DNA of 64,000 nt from an uncultured Actinomycetota bacterium (GCA_963747085.1 CAVVDX010000001.1:1131987-1195986); one strand, 5' to 3'. Numbered from the stretch's first letter, positions 30,776 to 40,543 are shown. Notes: a model not told the origin generated them from the sequence alone. Program-made: numbers and translations.

Positions 30776-31219
30776 ATGGCTCTCGTTCGCAGCGACTCGT
30801 TCCGGGAGCTCGACCGGCTGATGCAGCAACTCTGGGGCGTCAACAACACCGGTTCACGTCGTACGTCCATGTCCATGCCGATGGACGCGTGGCGCAAGGG
30901 CGACACGTTCCTCGTCCAGCTCGACCTGCCGGGCATCAAGGTCGACTCGATCGAGCTGACGGTGGAGGACAACGTCCTCACCATCCGCGCAGAGCGGCCG
31001 GCGCCGGCGCCCTCGGAGGGCGTGGAGACGCTCATCGCCGAGCGTCCGTACGGAACCTTCACCCGACAGATGTTCCTCGGCGACAACCTCGACACCGAGC
31101 GCATCGAGGCGAGCTACGAAGGCGGCGTGCTGAGCGTCAGCATCCCCGTCGCCCCGCACGCCAAGGCTCGACGCATCGAGGTCAAGGCGCCGACGGAGCA
31201 CCAGACGATCACCGCCTGA
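30776..31219 (+). CDS. Hsp20/alpha-crystallin small heat shock protein
   Basis: FRELDRL, MPMDAWR, DLPG, NVLTIRAER, ERPYGTFTRQ, ASYEGGVL; AGGAGG RBS. Confidence 0.96.
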   Translation: MALVRSDSFRELDRLMQQLWGVNNTGSRRTSMSMPMDAWRKGDTFLVQLDLPGIKVDSIELTVEDNVLTIRAERPAPAPSEGVETLIAERPYGTFTRQMFLGDNLDTERIEASYEGGVLSVSIPVAPHAKARRIEVKAPTEHQTITA

Positions 31220-31268
31220 CCGCAGGCGGCGCGGCCCCGGGAGACGGGGCAGTTGCGCCTCGAGTCGG

Positions 31269-31328
31269 CGCCGGGCGGCAGACCGCCGGGCGGCAGACCG
31301 CCGAGCGGCAGACCGCCGAGCGGCAGAC
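31269..31328. repeat. 15-bp tandem repeat CGCCGRGCGGCAGAC x4, intergenic
   Basis: Four contiguous copies (two G, two A variants). Confidence 0.9.
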
Positions 31329-31408
31329 ACGACGACCTTCGAGAGCGGGCCTGCGGCCGATCGGCCGGGGTCCGCTCTCGCGCGTCCGGGTCTGAGCGAT
31401 GATGTGGC

Positions 31409-32077
31409 ATGTCCGAACCCACTGCCGAGGACGTCGACCGCTACCTGGGCGAGGTCTTCGTCCCCTCCGACCCCGACTTCGACGCCGCGCTCGACGCGGC
31501 ACGCGAGGGCGGCCTTCCCGACATCCAGGTCTCGCCCACCCAAGGCCGGCTGCTCGAGCTGCTCGTGCGCCTGCGCGAGGCGCGTCGCGTCCTCGAGATC
31601 GGGACCCTGGGCGGCTACAGCGCGATGTGGATGGCACGCGGCCTGCCGCCGGGGGGCACCCTTCTCAGCCTCGAGCTGAGCCCGCACCACGCCGAGGTGG
31701 CCAGAGCCAACCTCGCACGGGCCGGCTTCTCCGACCGCGTGGAGGTGCGCGTCGGTCCTGCGAGCGAGTCGCTCGCCGCGCTCGAGGCCGAGGGCGCCGG
31801 CCCGTTCGACCTCGTCTTCATCGACGCCGACAAGACCGGCTACCCGGATTACTTCTCGGCATCGATGCGGCTCAGCGCGCCCGGCACGCTGCTCGTCATC
31901 GACAACGTGATCCGCCGGGGCAAGGTCGCCGACCCGGCGAGCGGCGACGAGAACGTGCAGGCCGTGCGCGAGATGAACGAGCGCATCGCGGCTCGCTCCG
32001 ACGTCGTCGCGACCTCCCTGCAGACCCTCGGCGCCAAGGGCTGGGACGGGCTCACCTTCGCGCTCGTCACGGCCTGA
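31409..32077 (+). CDS. Class I O-methyltransferase (caffeoyl-CoA/YrrM-like)
   Basis: VLEIGTLGGYS, FDLVFIDADK, IDNV, KGWDG. Confidence 0.93.
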   Translation: MSEPTAEDVDRYLGEVFVPSDPDFDAALDAAREGGLPDIQVSPTQGRLLELLVRLREARRVLEIGTLGGYSAMWMARGLPPGGTLLSLELSPHHAEVARANLARAGFSDRVEVRVGPASESLAALEAEGAGPFDLVFIDADKTGYPDYFSASMRLSAPGTLLVIDNVIRRGKVADPASGDENVQAVREMNERIAARSDVVATSLQTLGAKGWDGLTFALVTA

Positions 32078-32103
32078 GAGCGAGGGGCGCCCCACCGACC
32101 GGG

Positions 32104-33105
32104 ATGGCCGCCTCCAGCCGGCGGGAGCGCCGCCGTGGCGAGCAGGGCGAGGACGCGCACGGCGGGGCCGGTCACGGCGGGAACGGCCACGACGGGAGCC
32201 ACGGGGACGACGGGAGCCACGTGCACGACGCGGCTTGGCGACCCGACGGACCGAACCTGGTTTACCTCGCCGACAACGCGGCGGTGCTCCCCAAGCTGCC
32301 CGACGACACCTTCAGGATGATCTACCTCGACCCGCCCTTCAACACCGGTCGGGCCCAGCGTCGCGAGACGCTGCGGACCACCCGCTCGAGCGACGGCGGC
32401 CGCGTCGGGTTCAAGGGCCAGACCTACGAGACCGTGCGGCAGGGCGTCGTTCGCTACGACGACGTCTTCGGCGACTACTGGGCATTCCTCGAGCCGCGAC
32501 TGGACGAGGCCTGGCGCGTGCTGCGCCCCGACGGGACGCTCTACCTGCACCTCGATTACCGCGAGGTGCACTACGCCAAGGTGCTGCTCGACGCCATGTT
32601 CGGCCGCGACTGCTTCCTGAACGAGATCATCTGGGCCTACGACTACGGCGCCCGCAGCACGAGGCGGTGGCCGGCCAAGCACGACAACGTGCTCGTCTAC
32701 GTCAAGGATCCGGACGCGTACTACTACGACGGCCAGTCCGTCGACCGTGAGCCGTACATGGCACCGGGCCTCGTCACCCCTGAGAAGGTCGAGCGCGGCA
32801 AGCTGCCGACCGACGTCTGGTGGCACACCATCGTGCCGACGACTGGGAGGGAGAAGACGGGCTACCCGACCCAGAAGCCCGAGGGCATCATCCGCCGGAT
32901 GGTCCAGGCGAGCTCGGCGGAGGGCGACTGGGTCCTCGACTTCTTCGCAGGAAGCGGAACTCTGGGCGCGGTCGCGCTCGCAAGCGGTCGCCGGTTCGTC
33001 CTGGTCGACGAGAGCGAGCACGCCCACGAAACCACGAGGCGGCGCCTCGGTGGGGGCACGCTCGGATCCCCGGTCCGATACGTCGCGGTGGCGGTCGACT
33101 CGTAG
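32104..33105 (+). CDS. Site-specific DNA methyltransferase (N4/N6, beta class), orphan
   Basis: IYLDPPFN precedes YPTQKP and LDFFAGSGT; start could instead be GTG 32221. Confidence 0.92.
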   Translation: MAASSRRERRRGEQGEDAHGGAGHGGNGHDGSHGDDGSHVHDAAWRPDGPNLVYLADNAAVLPKLPDDTFRMIYLDPPFNTGRAQRRETLRTTRSSDGGRVGFKGQTYETVRQGVVRYDDVFGDYWAFLEPRLDEAWRVLRPDGTLYLHLDYREVHYAKVLLDAMFGRDCFLNEIIWAYDYGARSTRRWPAKHDNVLVYVKDPDAYYYDGQSVDREPYMAPGLVTPEKVERGKLPTDVWWHTIVPTTGREKTGYPTQKPEGIIRRMVQASSAEGDWVLDFFAGSGTLGAVALASGRRFVLVDESEHAHETTRRRLGGGTLGSPVRYVAVAVDS

Positions 33106-33122
33106 GCTTCTCGATGGACGCG

Positions 33123-33782
33123 CTACGAGTGATCGTCCCGGGGTGTCGGCTCCGCACCGGCAAGGCGCCGCTCGAGCACGACGAACATCAGGTCGTCGCG
33201 CCGCGGCAGGCCGAAGTGCTCGTCGCCGTACGGGAAGGGAGCGGTCTCGCCCGTCGGCTCGTAGCCGAGGCGGCGGTACCAGGCGATCAGCTCGTCGCGC
33301 TGGCGGATGACCTCCATGCGCATGGCGACAGCGCCGAGCTGCTCGGCGGCGTGGCGCTCGGCGGCCTCGACGAGACGGCGTCCGATCCCTCGCCCCTGCA
33401 GGCCCGGCCGCACGGCGAACATCCCGAAGTGCGCCGCGCCGGCCGCTCCTCCGTCGACGGCGCAACAGGCCACGATGGCGCCGGCGTCCCCTCCCTCCTC
33501 GGCGACGAGGACGACCGCCGTGCCGTCGTCACCGCCGGCGACGAGCGCCGCCACCTCAGCGGCGTCGGTGCGCTGCCCGTCGAGCAGGTCCGCCTCGGTG
33601 GTCCAGCCGGCACGGCTCGACTCCCCCCGATACGCCGACTCGACGAGGGCGACAACTGTGACGACGTCGCCGGTGGTTGCGGCTCGGATGCTCAGCGGTG
33701 GTGTTGCGGCGGCGGCCACGTGACGCGTCGAGCTGATCAGCGAGGAGTCAGCGCCCCGAGGTGCCGGCGGTGCAGGCGTCAT
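33123..33782 (-). CDS. GNAT family N-acetyltransferase
   Basis: SAYRGESSRAGWTTEA, FAVRPGLQGRGIG, WYRRLGY; start may be GTG 33719. Confidence 0.9.
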   Translation of the reverse strand: MTPAPPAPRGADSSLISSTRHVAAAATPPLSIRAATTGDVVTVVALVESAYRGESSRAGWTTEADLLDGQRTDAAEVAALVAGGDDGTAVVLVAEEGGDAGAIVACCAVDGGAAGAAHFGMFAVRPGLQGRGIGRRLVEAAERHAAEQLGAVAMRMEVIRQRDELIAWYRRLGYEPTGETAPFPYGDEHFGLPRRDDLMFVVLERRLAGAEPTPRDDHS

Positions 33783-33832
33783 CCCGGCCAGGATGGCACG
33801 TGACGTGCGTCGGGTGCTCGAGATCGGCGCGC

Positions 33833-35230
33833 TCAGCGCCAGCCGAGCTCGCGCAGGCGCTGCCGATCGGCGCCCAGCCGCCGCACGAGGGTTGCGGTGA
33901 CGATGCGCCCGACGACGTCGCGCACCTCCGCCTCGCTGCTGCAAGCTCGGCAGATCGGTCCCTGGAAGACGAGCAGTCGGTCCAGTCCGACCCGCCCGCC
34001 GCGCGACGGCCGGCCGCGCTCGAAGTGGGCGAAGCGGTCGGCCCGGCCGCCGAGGTCGGCGGGCGGCTCGCCCTCGCAGATCACCGGCGTCTGCGCCAGG
34101 GGCTTCGCCAGCGCCGGCGGCAGCTCGTCGAGCACCGAGGCAACGAGCCCGGCGAAATCCCCCGCGTCGAGCTCGATCCCACGCCGCTTGGCGTCGAGCT
34201 CGGTCTCGCCCATGGGCGCGACCGGGCCGGCGCCCTGCGCCGGGCCCGCGCCCTGGACCGGGCCGGCGCCCGCGACCGGGCCGGCGCCCTGGACCGGGCC
34301 GGCGCCCTGGACCGGGCCGGCGCCCGCGACCGGGCCGGCGCCCGCGACCGGGCCGGCGCCCTCGACCGCGCCCGCGCTGCGGGCGGTCGGCCTTCGTCGG
34401 CTGTCGGCCGCCCAGACCGCCGCGACCGAGTGCAACACTCCGAGCGCGGCGCGCGCCGAGCGACGCCAGACGTCGGCGAGATCTCCGTCGAGCTCATGCT
34501 CCAGGCAGATCCGGGCGAGCTCGGCGCGTTCGTCGGCGTTGCCGAGGAAGGCGGCCACCATCGACTCGGTGACGTCGTCGACGAGGTCGTCGCGTTCGAG
34601 CCGTTCCGACATCGACTCGAGAGCGGCGAACTCGAGCCACAGCGCAACACCGGCGGCGTCGCGCACGTCGATCGGCTCGACCCGGTACTCCCCGCTGTCG
34701 ATCCTCGTCGGGCGGATCTCGCGGTAGTCGAGTGATCGGATCTCGCGGTTGTCCAGCCTGTTGCGACGGGAGCCGGCGGCGAGCAGGCGCAGACCCATTC
34801 CGGGCTCGCACTCCCAGCCCTGCGGTCCGAGGTCCCAGGCGCTCCCGCAGCACTCGCACTCGAGCGGGCCGCCCGGGCGGGGCCAGGGTCGCGCCATCAG
34901 CGCCAGCGCGCCGCTGCGGCGCGGCGAATCGGCGGCGGCGCCGGGAGCCGAAGCCGACGCCTCGAGGGCGGGCTCGGAGTCGCCGTCGGGCGAGGAATGG
35001 GCGTCGCCGGCCGCCTCGGCGACCACATCCTCGACGCCCCACCAGCCGGCCACATCGCGCGGCAGGCACGCCGGGCACTCGCCCCAGGCGATCGCCTCGA
35101 CCGCAGCGGCGGTGCCGGCGGGACGCCCGTCGGCGACGAAGCGACGCATCGCCTGGAGGTCCACCTCGTGCTCCACGCAGTGCACCGCCACGGCGTCGCC
35201 GTGCGAACGGCGGCGCAGGAAGGGGCTCAC
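33833..35230 (-). CDS. Hypothetical multidomain protein: Cys-rich N-terminus, GAGPV repeat linker, C-terminal Zincin_1-like domain lacking HExxH
   Basis: CPAC and CECC motifs; C-terminus FAGLVASVLDELP...DRLLVFQGPICRAC...LGADRQRLRELGW. Confidence 0.6.
   Translation of the reverse strand: MSPFLRRRSHGDAVAVHCVEHEVDLQAMRRFVADGRPAGTAAAVEAIAWGECPACLPRDVAGWWGVEDVVAEAAGDAHSSPDGDSEPALEASASAPGAAADSPRRSGALALMARPWPRPGGPLECECCGSAWDLGPQGWECEPGMGLRLLAAGSRRNRLDNREIRSLDYREIRPTRIDSGEYRVEPIDVRDAAGVALWLEFAALESMSERLERDDLVDDVTESMVAAFLGNADERAELARICLEHELDGDLADVWRRSARAALGVLHSVAAVWAADSRRRPTARSAGAVEGAGPVAGAGPVAGAGPVQGAGPVQGAGPVAGAGPVQGAGPAQGAGPVAPMGETELDAKRRGIELDAGDFAGLVASVLDELPPALAKPLAQTPVICEGEPPADLGGRADRFAHFERGRPSRGGRVGLDRLLVFQGPICRACSSEAEVRDVVGRIVTATLVRRLGADRQRLRELGWR
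34217..34360. repeat. 18-bp coding tandem repeat x8 (GAGP[VA][AQ])
   Basis: Eight units such as CGCGACCGGGCCGGCGCC / CTGGACCGGGCCGGCGCC. Confidence 0.92.
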
Positions 35231-35318
35231 GGGCGTGGGAACCGGCTCACGGGCGCAGCAACGGGCTCACGGGCGTGGGGGAACCGGCTCACGGGCGTGG
35301 GGACGGGGCTCACGGGCG
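35224..35318. repeat. Five direct repeats of GGCTCACGGGCG, period 20-22 bp
   Basis: Copies start at 35224, 35244, 35264, 35286, 35307; variable 8-10 nt linkers. Confidence 0.92.
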
Positions 35319-35386
35319 TCGGAACGGGCCTGGCGCTCGACGCCGACGAGACCCTGCGACTAGGGCGGTCGTCACGACCGAGCCTC

Positions 35387-35420
35387 TTGACTCCTGGGAC
35401 TTATCGGCGATAAGTTATCG
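35387..35420 (+). promoter_or_regulatory. Sigma-A type promoter overlapped by a TetR-type operator palindrome
   Basis: TTGACT (35387)-N18-TAAGTT (35411); ACTTATCG-G-CGATAAGT (35399-35415) and overlapping CGATAA-G-TTATCG (35408-35420); upstream of MMPL-TetR. Confidence 0.75.
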
Positions 35421-35447
35421 ACGTTAGGTCGAGACAGAGGAGGCGAC

Positions 35448-37746
35448 ATGCTCGTCAGGATGGCACGTGTCGTACTGACCCGGCGGAAGCTGGTGCTCGT
35501 CGTCGCCCTGGCCGTGATGGCCATCGCCGGCGTCTTCGGCGGCTCGGTCGTCTCCCGGCTCTCCGGCGGGGGCTTCACACCTCCCGGCAGCCCGTCGCAG
35601 CTCGCGGCCAACGCCCTCTCGGGCGAGTTCCACGCCGGGCGCCCCAACTTCGTGCTCGTGCTCGAGCGCCACGGCAGCGTCGACACGCCACAGGCCGCCG
35701 CTGAAGGCGCAACCGTCGCCGCCGATCTCGCCCGCCAGCCGCACGTGAGCGACGTGCTCACCTACTGGGCGGCCGGCCGGCCGGCGACGATGCGCTCCAC
35801 GAACGGCGACGATGCCCTCGTCACCGCCGTCGTCGCCGGCGACGACGACCAGGTGACCACCCGCTCGCGCACCCTCGCCAGGGTCTTCCGCGGCAGCCAC
35901 GACGGGTTCACCAGTGCTCCCCGCCGGCAGCGGCGTCGTCTACGCCGCGGTCACCGACAGCGTGCAGCACGACCTCACCCGCGCCGAGCTGATCGCCTTC
36001 CCCGTCACCTTCGTGCTCCTCGTGCTCGTCTTCGGCGGGCTCGTCGCCGCGCTGATGCCGCTCGCCGTCGGCGGCCTGGCCATCGTCGGCGCACTGCTCG
36101 TGCTGCGCGTGCTGAGCGGGTTCACCGAAGTCTCGGTGTACTCGCTCAACCTGACGACCGGTCTCGGGCTCGGGCTGGCGGTCGACTACAGCCTGTTCGT
36201 CATCACCCGCTACCGGGAGGAGCTGCGCCGCTGCGGCAACGTCGAGGAAGCGCTCGTGGCGAGCGTGGCGAGCGCGGGGCGAACCGTGCTGTTCTCCGCC
36301 CTCACCGTTGCGCTCAGCCTCTCGGCGTTGCTCGTCTTCCCGCTCTACTTCCTGCGCTCCTTCGCCTATGCCGGCATCCCCGTCGTGCTCGTCGCAGCCG
36401 TCGGGGCGGTGGTGGTTCTGCCGGCGCTGCTCGCCGTGCTCGGGCCGCGCATCGACGCCCTCACGGTGTTCCGCCGCCGCCCGGCCGACGCCGAGCACGG
36501 CTTCTGGCGCCGGCTCGCCGAGGCGGTGATGCGCCGCCCGGTGCTCGCCGGCGGGGCGGTGCTCGTGGTGCTGCTCGTCCTCGGGGCCCCCTTCCTCTCG
36601 ATTCGCTTCGGTCTGCCCGACGACCGTGTCCTGCCTCGTTCCAACCCGGCGCAACAGGCCTCGCAGGTCCTGCGCACCGACTTCCCCGGCAACGCCTCCG
36701 ACGCCGTGCAGGTCGTCGACCCCTCGCGCCCGCTCAGCGACGCGGCGATCGCCTCGTACGCCGGGGCGCTCTCCCGGCTCGACCACGTGCTGGCGGTGCA
36801 GTCCGCCGCCGGGACGTACTCGGACGGCAGGCTCATCACCCCGCCCGGGCCTCAGGCGGCCACGTACCTCAGCCCGCACGGCACCTGGCTGCAGCTCGAC
36901 TCCACGGCCGAGGCGTACTCGAACGCAGGCAAGGCCCTCGTCGAGCACGTGCGCGACACCCCTGCGCCGGCGCCGGTGCTCGTCGGCGGCGCCGCTTCGC
37001 AACTGCTCGACACCGAGCACACGATCGGCTCCCGGCTCCCGCTCGCCGCCCTGATCATCGCTCTGACGATGCTCGTGGTGATGTTCCTGTTCACCGGAAG
37101 CGTCGTGCTGCCGTTCAAGGCGCTCGCGCTCAACCTGCTCAGCCTGTCGGCGAGCTTCGGGGCGATGGTCTACATCTTCCAGCAGGGGCACCTCCTCTTC
37201 CTCGTCGGCCATCCGATCGTCACCGGGACGATCGACACGTCGATGCCGCTGCTCATGTTCTGCGTCGCCTTCGGGCTCTCCATGGACTACGAGGTGTTCC
37301 TGCTCTCCCGCATCCGGGAGACCTGGCTCGAGACCGGCGACAACCGCCGTGCGGTGGCGATCGGTCTCGAGCGCACCGGGCGGCTGATCACCGCCGCCGC
37401 CGTGCTCATCGCCGCGGTGTGGCTGACCTTCGTCACGAGCGGTGTCACCTTCTTGAAGCTGCTCGGGCTGGGGATGGCACTGGCCGTGCTCGTCGACGCG
37501 ACGCTCGTGCGCGGCGTGCTCGTGCCGGCGTTCATGCGCCTGGCGGGGCCGTGGAACTGGTGGGCGCCGGCGCCGTTGCGCCGCTGGCACGAGCGGCACG
37601 GCCTGGCCGAGCCCGCCGCGCCGGCGCCCCGCCTCACGCCCGGCGCCGTGCCCGCGCCGGCGATGGCCGGCGCTGGGGCGGCGCCCGTAGCCGGCGCTGC
37701 CGCCACGAGGACTGGCCCAGCGATGGGAACGCCGGTGGCGCGGTGA
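35448..37746 (+). CDS. MMPL/RND family transporter, frameshift near 35915
   Basis: GLGLAVDYSLFVITRYREE, AGRTVLFS, FGLSMDYEVFLLSRIRE, NWWAP. Confidence 0.92.
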
Positions 37747-38381
37747 GCGCGACCCAAGCGCGGCGGCGCTCGCCCCGCGGGGCAGGCGAGGGTCTGCGCG
37801 ACGAGATCCTCGCCGCCGCCGCCGCGCTCCTCGCGGAGACCGGCAACGAGGACGCCGTCTCGATCCGCGCCGTCGCCGACCGGGTCGGCGTCACCCCACC
37901 CTCGATCTACTTGCACTTCGAAGACAAGAAGGCGCTGCTCGAAGCCGTGTGCGTCGAGGCCTTCGCCAGCTTCGACAGCCACCTCGCGACGGCGATCGCG
38001 GGTGTGACCGATCCGATGGAGGCGCTGCGGGCGATCGGGCTGGCCTACATCGACTTCGCGCTGAACTGGCCCGAGCACTACCGTGTGATGTTCATGTCAC
38101 GGGCATCTGCGGAGCTCGACGAGCCGACCGACGCCGAGCTGCAGAGCCTGGCCGGCTTCTCCCGCGTGCTCGAGGTGCTCGCCGCCGCGCAGCGCTCCGG
38201 AGCGATCGACCCCGGCGAGGACAGCGTGCGCGTGGCGCAGGCGCTGTGGGCGGCGGTGCACGGCCTCGCAGCGCTCCTCATCGCCAAGCCGTACTTTCCC
38301 TGGGGCGATCGCGAGGCGCTGCGCACCTACCTTCTCGACATGTGCATGCGCGGCGTCGCCGCACCGAGGCCGGAACGATGA
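37743..38381 (+). CDS. TetR/AcrR family regulator
   Basis: SIRAVADRVGVTPPSIYLHFEDK, WAAVHG; GTGA overlap. Confidence 0.93.
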   Translation: MSATQARRRSPRGAGEGLRDEILAAAAALLAETGNEDAVSIRAVADRVGVTPPSIYLHFEDKKALLEAVCVEAFASFDSHLATAIAGVTDPMEALRAIGLAYIDFALNWPEHYRVMFMSRASAELDEPTDAELQSLAGFSRVLEVLAAAQRSGAIDPGEDSVRVAQALWAAVHGLAALLIAKPYFPWGDREALRTYLLDMCMRGVAAPRPER

Positions 38382-38572
38382 CCCCGCTCCCCTGGGTGAG
38401 CCGGCAGGCGATCGAGCCGTCACGGGAATACGTCGTGATGGCCTCGCGCCTGCCGTTGCGCCGGCACCGGTCGATCCCCGGCTTCCTTCGGGACACGATG
38501 ACGGTGCGCTCCCAGCTCGCGCAGGCGAGCGGGCTCGTCGGCAACGCCCTCGACGCCGACCTCCCCGGCAGG
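38378..38572 (+). pseudogene. Truncated gene, N-terminal half of a DUF3291/dimeric alpha-beta barrel-like protein
   Basis: ATGA-coupled MTPLPWVSRQ...VMASRLPL...QLAQASGLVGNALDADL; the frame then loses protein-like character just before the MNT promoter. Confidence 0.45.
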
Positions 38573-38670
38573 ATTGAGCCGGCGCGGGTGCGAGCACCCG
38601 CCCAGCGCCGGCGGGATGGAGCAGTCCGCGACGAGGCGCCGACCGCACAGGCGCGTCACTCTCGCGCGAT

Positions 38671-38710
38671 ACCTAGTTTTCTTTCTATATGCGCAGTATT
38701 ATTGCTAGGT
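38671..38710 (+). promoter_or_regulatory. AT-rich promoter, probably leaderless, for the MNT-HEPN operon
   Basis: TATTAT at 38697-38702, 6 nt before GTG 38709; bracketed by ACCTAG/CTAGGT inverted repeat. Confidence 0.55.
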
Positions 38711-39341
38711 GCAGCTCGACCGTCCGCTGCGGACCGTGACCCCCAGCCTCGACTCTGACGTGCTCACTGTGCTCGCGCTCGCCGACGCGTCCTTCTCCGG
38801 GCGTCGCGTCCAGCAACTCATCGGCGAGCGTTCCGAGCCCGGGGTTCGCCGGGTGCTGGACCGTCTCGTCGAACAGGGCATCGTCTCGGTCCGGCGCGCC
38901 GGGCAGGCGAAGATGTACGAGCTGAACCGGCGCCACCTTGCGGCGCCGTATATCGAAGGCCTTGCCCGATTGAAGGCTGAGCTCGTCGCCCGGCTGCGGG
39001 ATCACATCGGACAATGGTCGCCGGCGCCGCGCTACGCCGCGCTGTTCGGGAGCGCGGCGCGCGGCCACATGCGATCCGACAGCGACATCGACCTGTTCGT
39101 CGTGCGCCCGGACACTGTCGAAGTGGACGACGTCCGCTGGCGACAGCTCGTCAACGAGCTGTCGCTCGACGTCACCGCTTGGACTGGCAACGACGCGCGT
39201 TTCCTGGAGATGAGCGAGTCCGAGGTCGGCGCGGCACTCAAGGCGGCCGACCCGCTTCTGGTCAGCCTGCAGGCCGACGGCATCGCCCTCGGTGGGACGC
39301 TGCCGCGTCGTCGCTCCTCGTCGCGGGACCGCCGTGCCTAG
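38709..39341 (+). CDS. Winged-HTH + minimal nucleotidyltransferase (MNT), putative antitoxin
   Basis: N-terminal HTH (VRRVLDRLVEQGIV), LFGSAARG...DSDIDLFVV. Confidence 0.85.
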   Translation: MQLDRPLRTVTPSLDSDVLTVLALADASFSGRRVQQLIGERSEPGVRRVLDRLVEQGIVSVRRAGQAKMYELNRRHLAAPYIEGLARLKAELVARLRDHIGQWSPAPRYAALFGSAARGHMRSDSDIDLFVVRPDTVEVDDVRWRQLVNELSLDVTAWTGNDARFLEMSESEVGAALKAADPLLVSLQADGIALGGTLPRRRSSSRDRRA

Positions 39342-39735
39342 ACCCGGCGGCCGCACAACTCCGTGCACGCGTGCAACCATCGAAGGACGACTCCTCAAGT
39401 CCGCGGAGTTCTGGCGCGCCGCGGAGCTGATCGACGAGTACGTCGAGGATCAGCGAATCGGAGCCGCATACGTCACGTTGTGCATTCATGCCTGCATCGC
39501 TGCAGCGGACGTCATCTGCTGCCTGCGGCTCGGCGAGCACGCGCACGGCGAGAACCATGCCGAGGCCGTGGCGCTGTTGCGGCGGGTGGACGCTTCATCG
39601 GCAGACGACCTGAGTCTGCTGCTGAGCGCGAAGACGCGCGTCGCCTATAGCGCCACCCCCACGTCGCCAGCGGATGTCAAGCGCTGCGGCCGGGCTGCTG
39701 GCCGGCTCGTCGACTCCGCCCGCACAGCGACATGA
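39334..39735 (+). CDS. HEPN-like helical protein, putative toxin partner
   Basis: Overlaps MNT stop by 8 nt; all-helical 133 aa, IHACIAAAD, H in GENH, KTRVAY. Confidence 0.65.
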   Translation: MPRPGGRTTPCTRATIEGRLLKSAEFWRAAELIDEYVEDQRIGAAYVTLCIHACIAAADVICCLRLGEHAHGENHAEAVALLRRVDASSADDLSLLLSAKTRVAYSATPTSPADVKRCGRAAGRLVDSARTAT

Positions 39736-39916
39736 CCCCCCGCCGTGTACCGCGGGCGCAGGGGTACACGCTGGCGGCCCGGCACGGGAGTGCAGCGGGC
39801 ACCAGATTCGGGTGTGCCGGGCACCGGACCGGGTGATGTTGCGGCGGGGTCTTCCGTTCGGGTAACATACTGCGTATGGTACGCGCCACCGTCAGCGTGC
39901 GGACACGGCGCACTAC

Positions 39917-40543
39917 GTGAGTGCACGTCCTGCGCTCTTGATGCTTCTGGGCAAACCTCTGCGCCGGCGGTTTCTGCTCGTCGCCCCAGCTGTCGTTCTC
40001 CTCGCCCTCACCGCGGCTGCCTGCGGGAGCGGCACGCCCAACGCGGGCATCGCCAGCCTCGGTACGGCCACCACCTTGGCGCCGGTTGGTGCAGCGGCCA
40101 CTGGCGGAGCGTCCTCGGGCGGAGAGCTCGTCGAGTACGCCAGATGCATGCGCTCGCACGGCGTCTCGAGCTTCCCCGACTCGGCCTCCTTCGGGTCATC
40201 GGATGCCATCAAGGCCGCCAAGGGTCAGATGGCTCACATCTCCAAGAGTGAGGCTTCCTCGCCAAGCTTCGAGGCGGCGCAACGCGCCTGTGCGAAGTAC
40301 TACGGCCCGCCGGCGACAACGCCCGCACAGGTCAGCGCCCAAGAGTTGCAGAAGCTTCTCGCCGTCTCGCGCTGCATGCGCGCCCACGGGGTGCCGAGCT
40401 TTCCCGACCCCGATCCCATCACCGGCGAGCTCACCACTCCTGCCGGCATCGACAGGAGCTCCCCGCGCGTCCTCGCAGCCCTCCGGGCCTGCCGCTCACT
40501 CGGTCAGGCTGCCGGCCTTGGGCCCCCGAGCACGGGGCAATGA
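39917..40543 (+). CDS. Lipoprotein with two CMRxHGVxxFPD repeats (1)
   Basis: Lipobox-like AAAC; YARCMRSHGVSSFPD and SRCMRAHGVPSFPDP. Confidence 0.78.
   Translation: MSARPALLMLLGKPLRRRFLLVAPAVVLLALTAAACGSGTPNAGIASLGTATTLAPVGAAATGGASSGGELVEYARCMRSHGVSSFPDSASFGSSDAIKAAKGQMAHISKSEASSPSFEAAQRACAKYYGPPATTPAQVSAQELQKLLAVSRCMRAHGVPSFPDPDPITGELTTPAGIDRSSPRVLAALRACRSLGQAAGLGPPSTGQ

Noticed and set aside
35224-35318. Possible mini-CRISPR array
   Set aside because: 12-nt repeats and 8-10-nt mutually similar linkers are far too short, and no cas genes are present.
35448-38381. 977-aa MMPL-TetR fusion ORF
   Set aside because: Caused by the frameshift near 35915; TetR has its own GTGA-coupled start at 37743.
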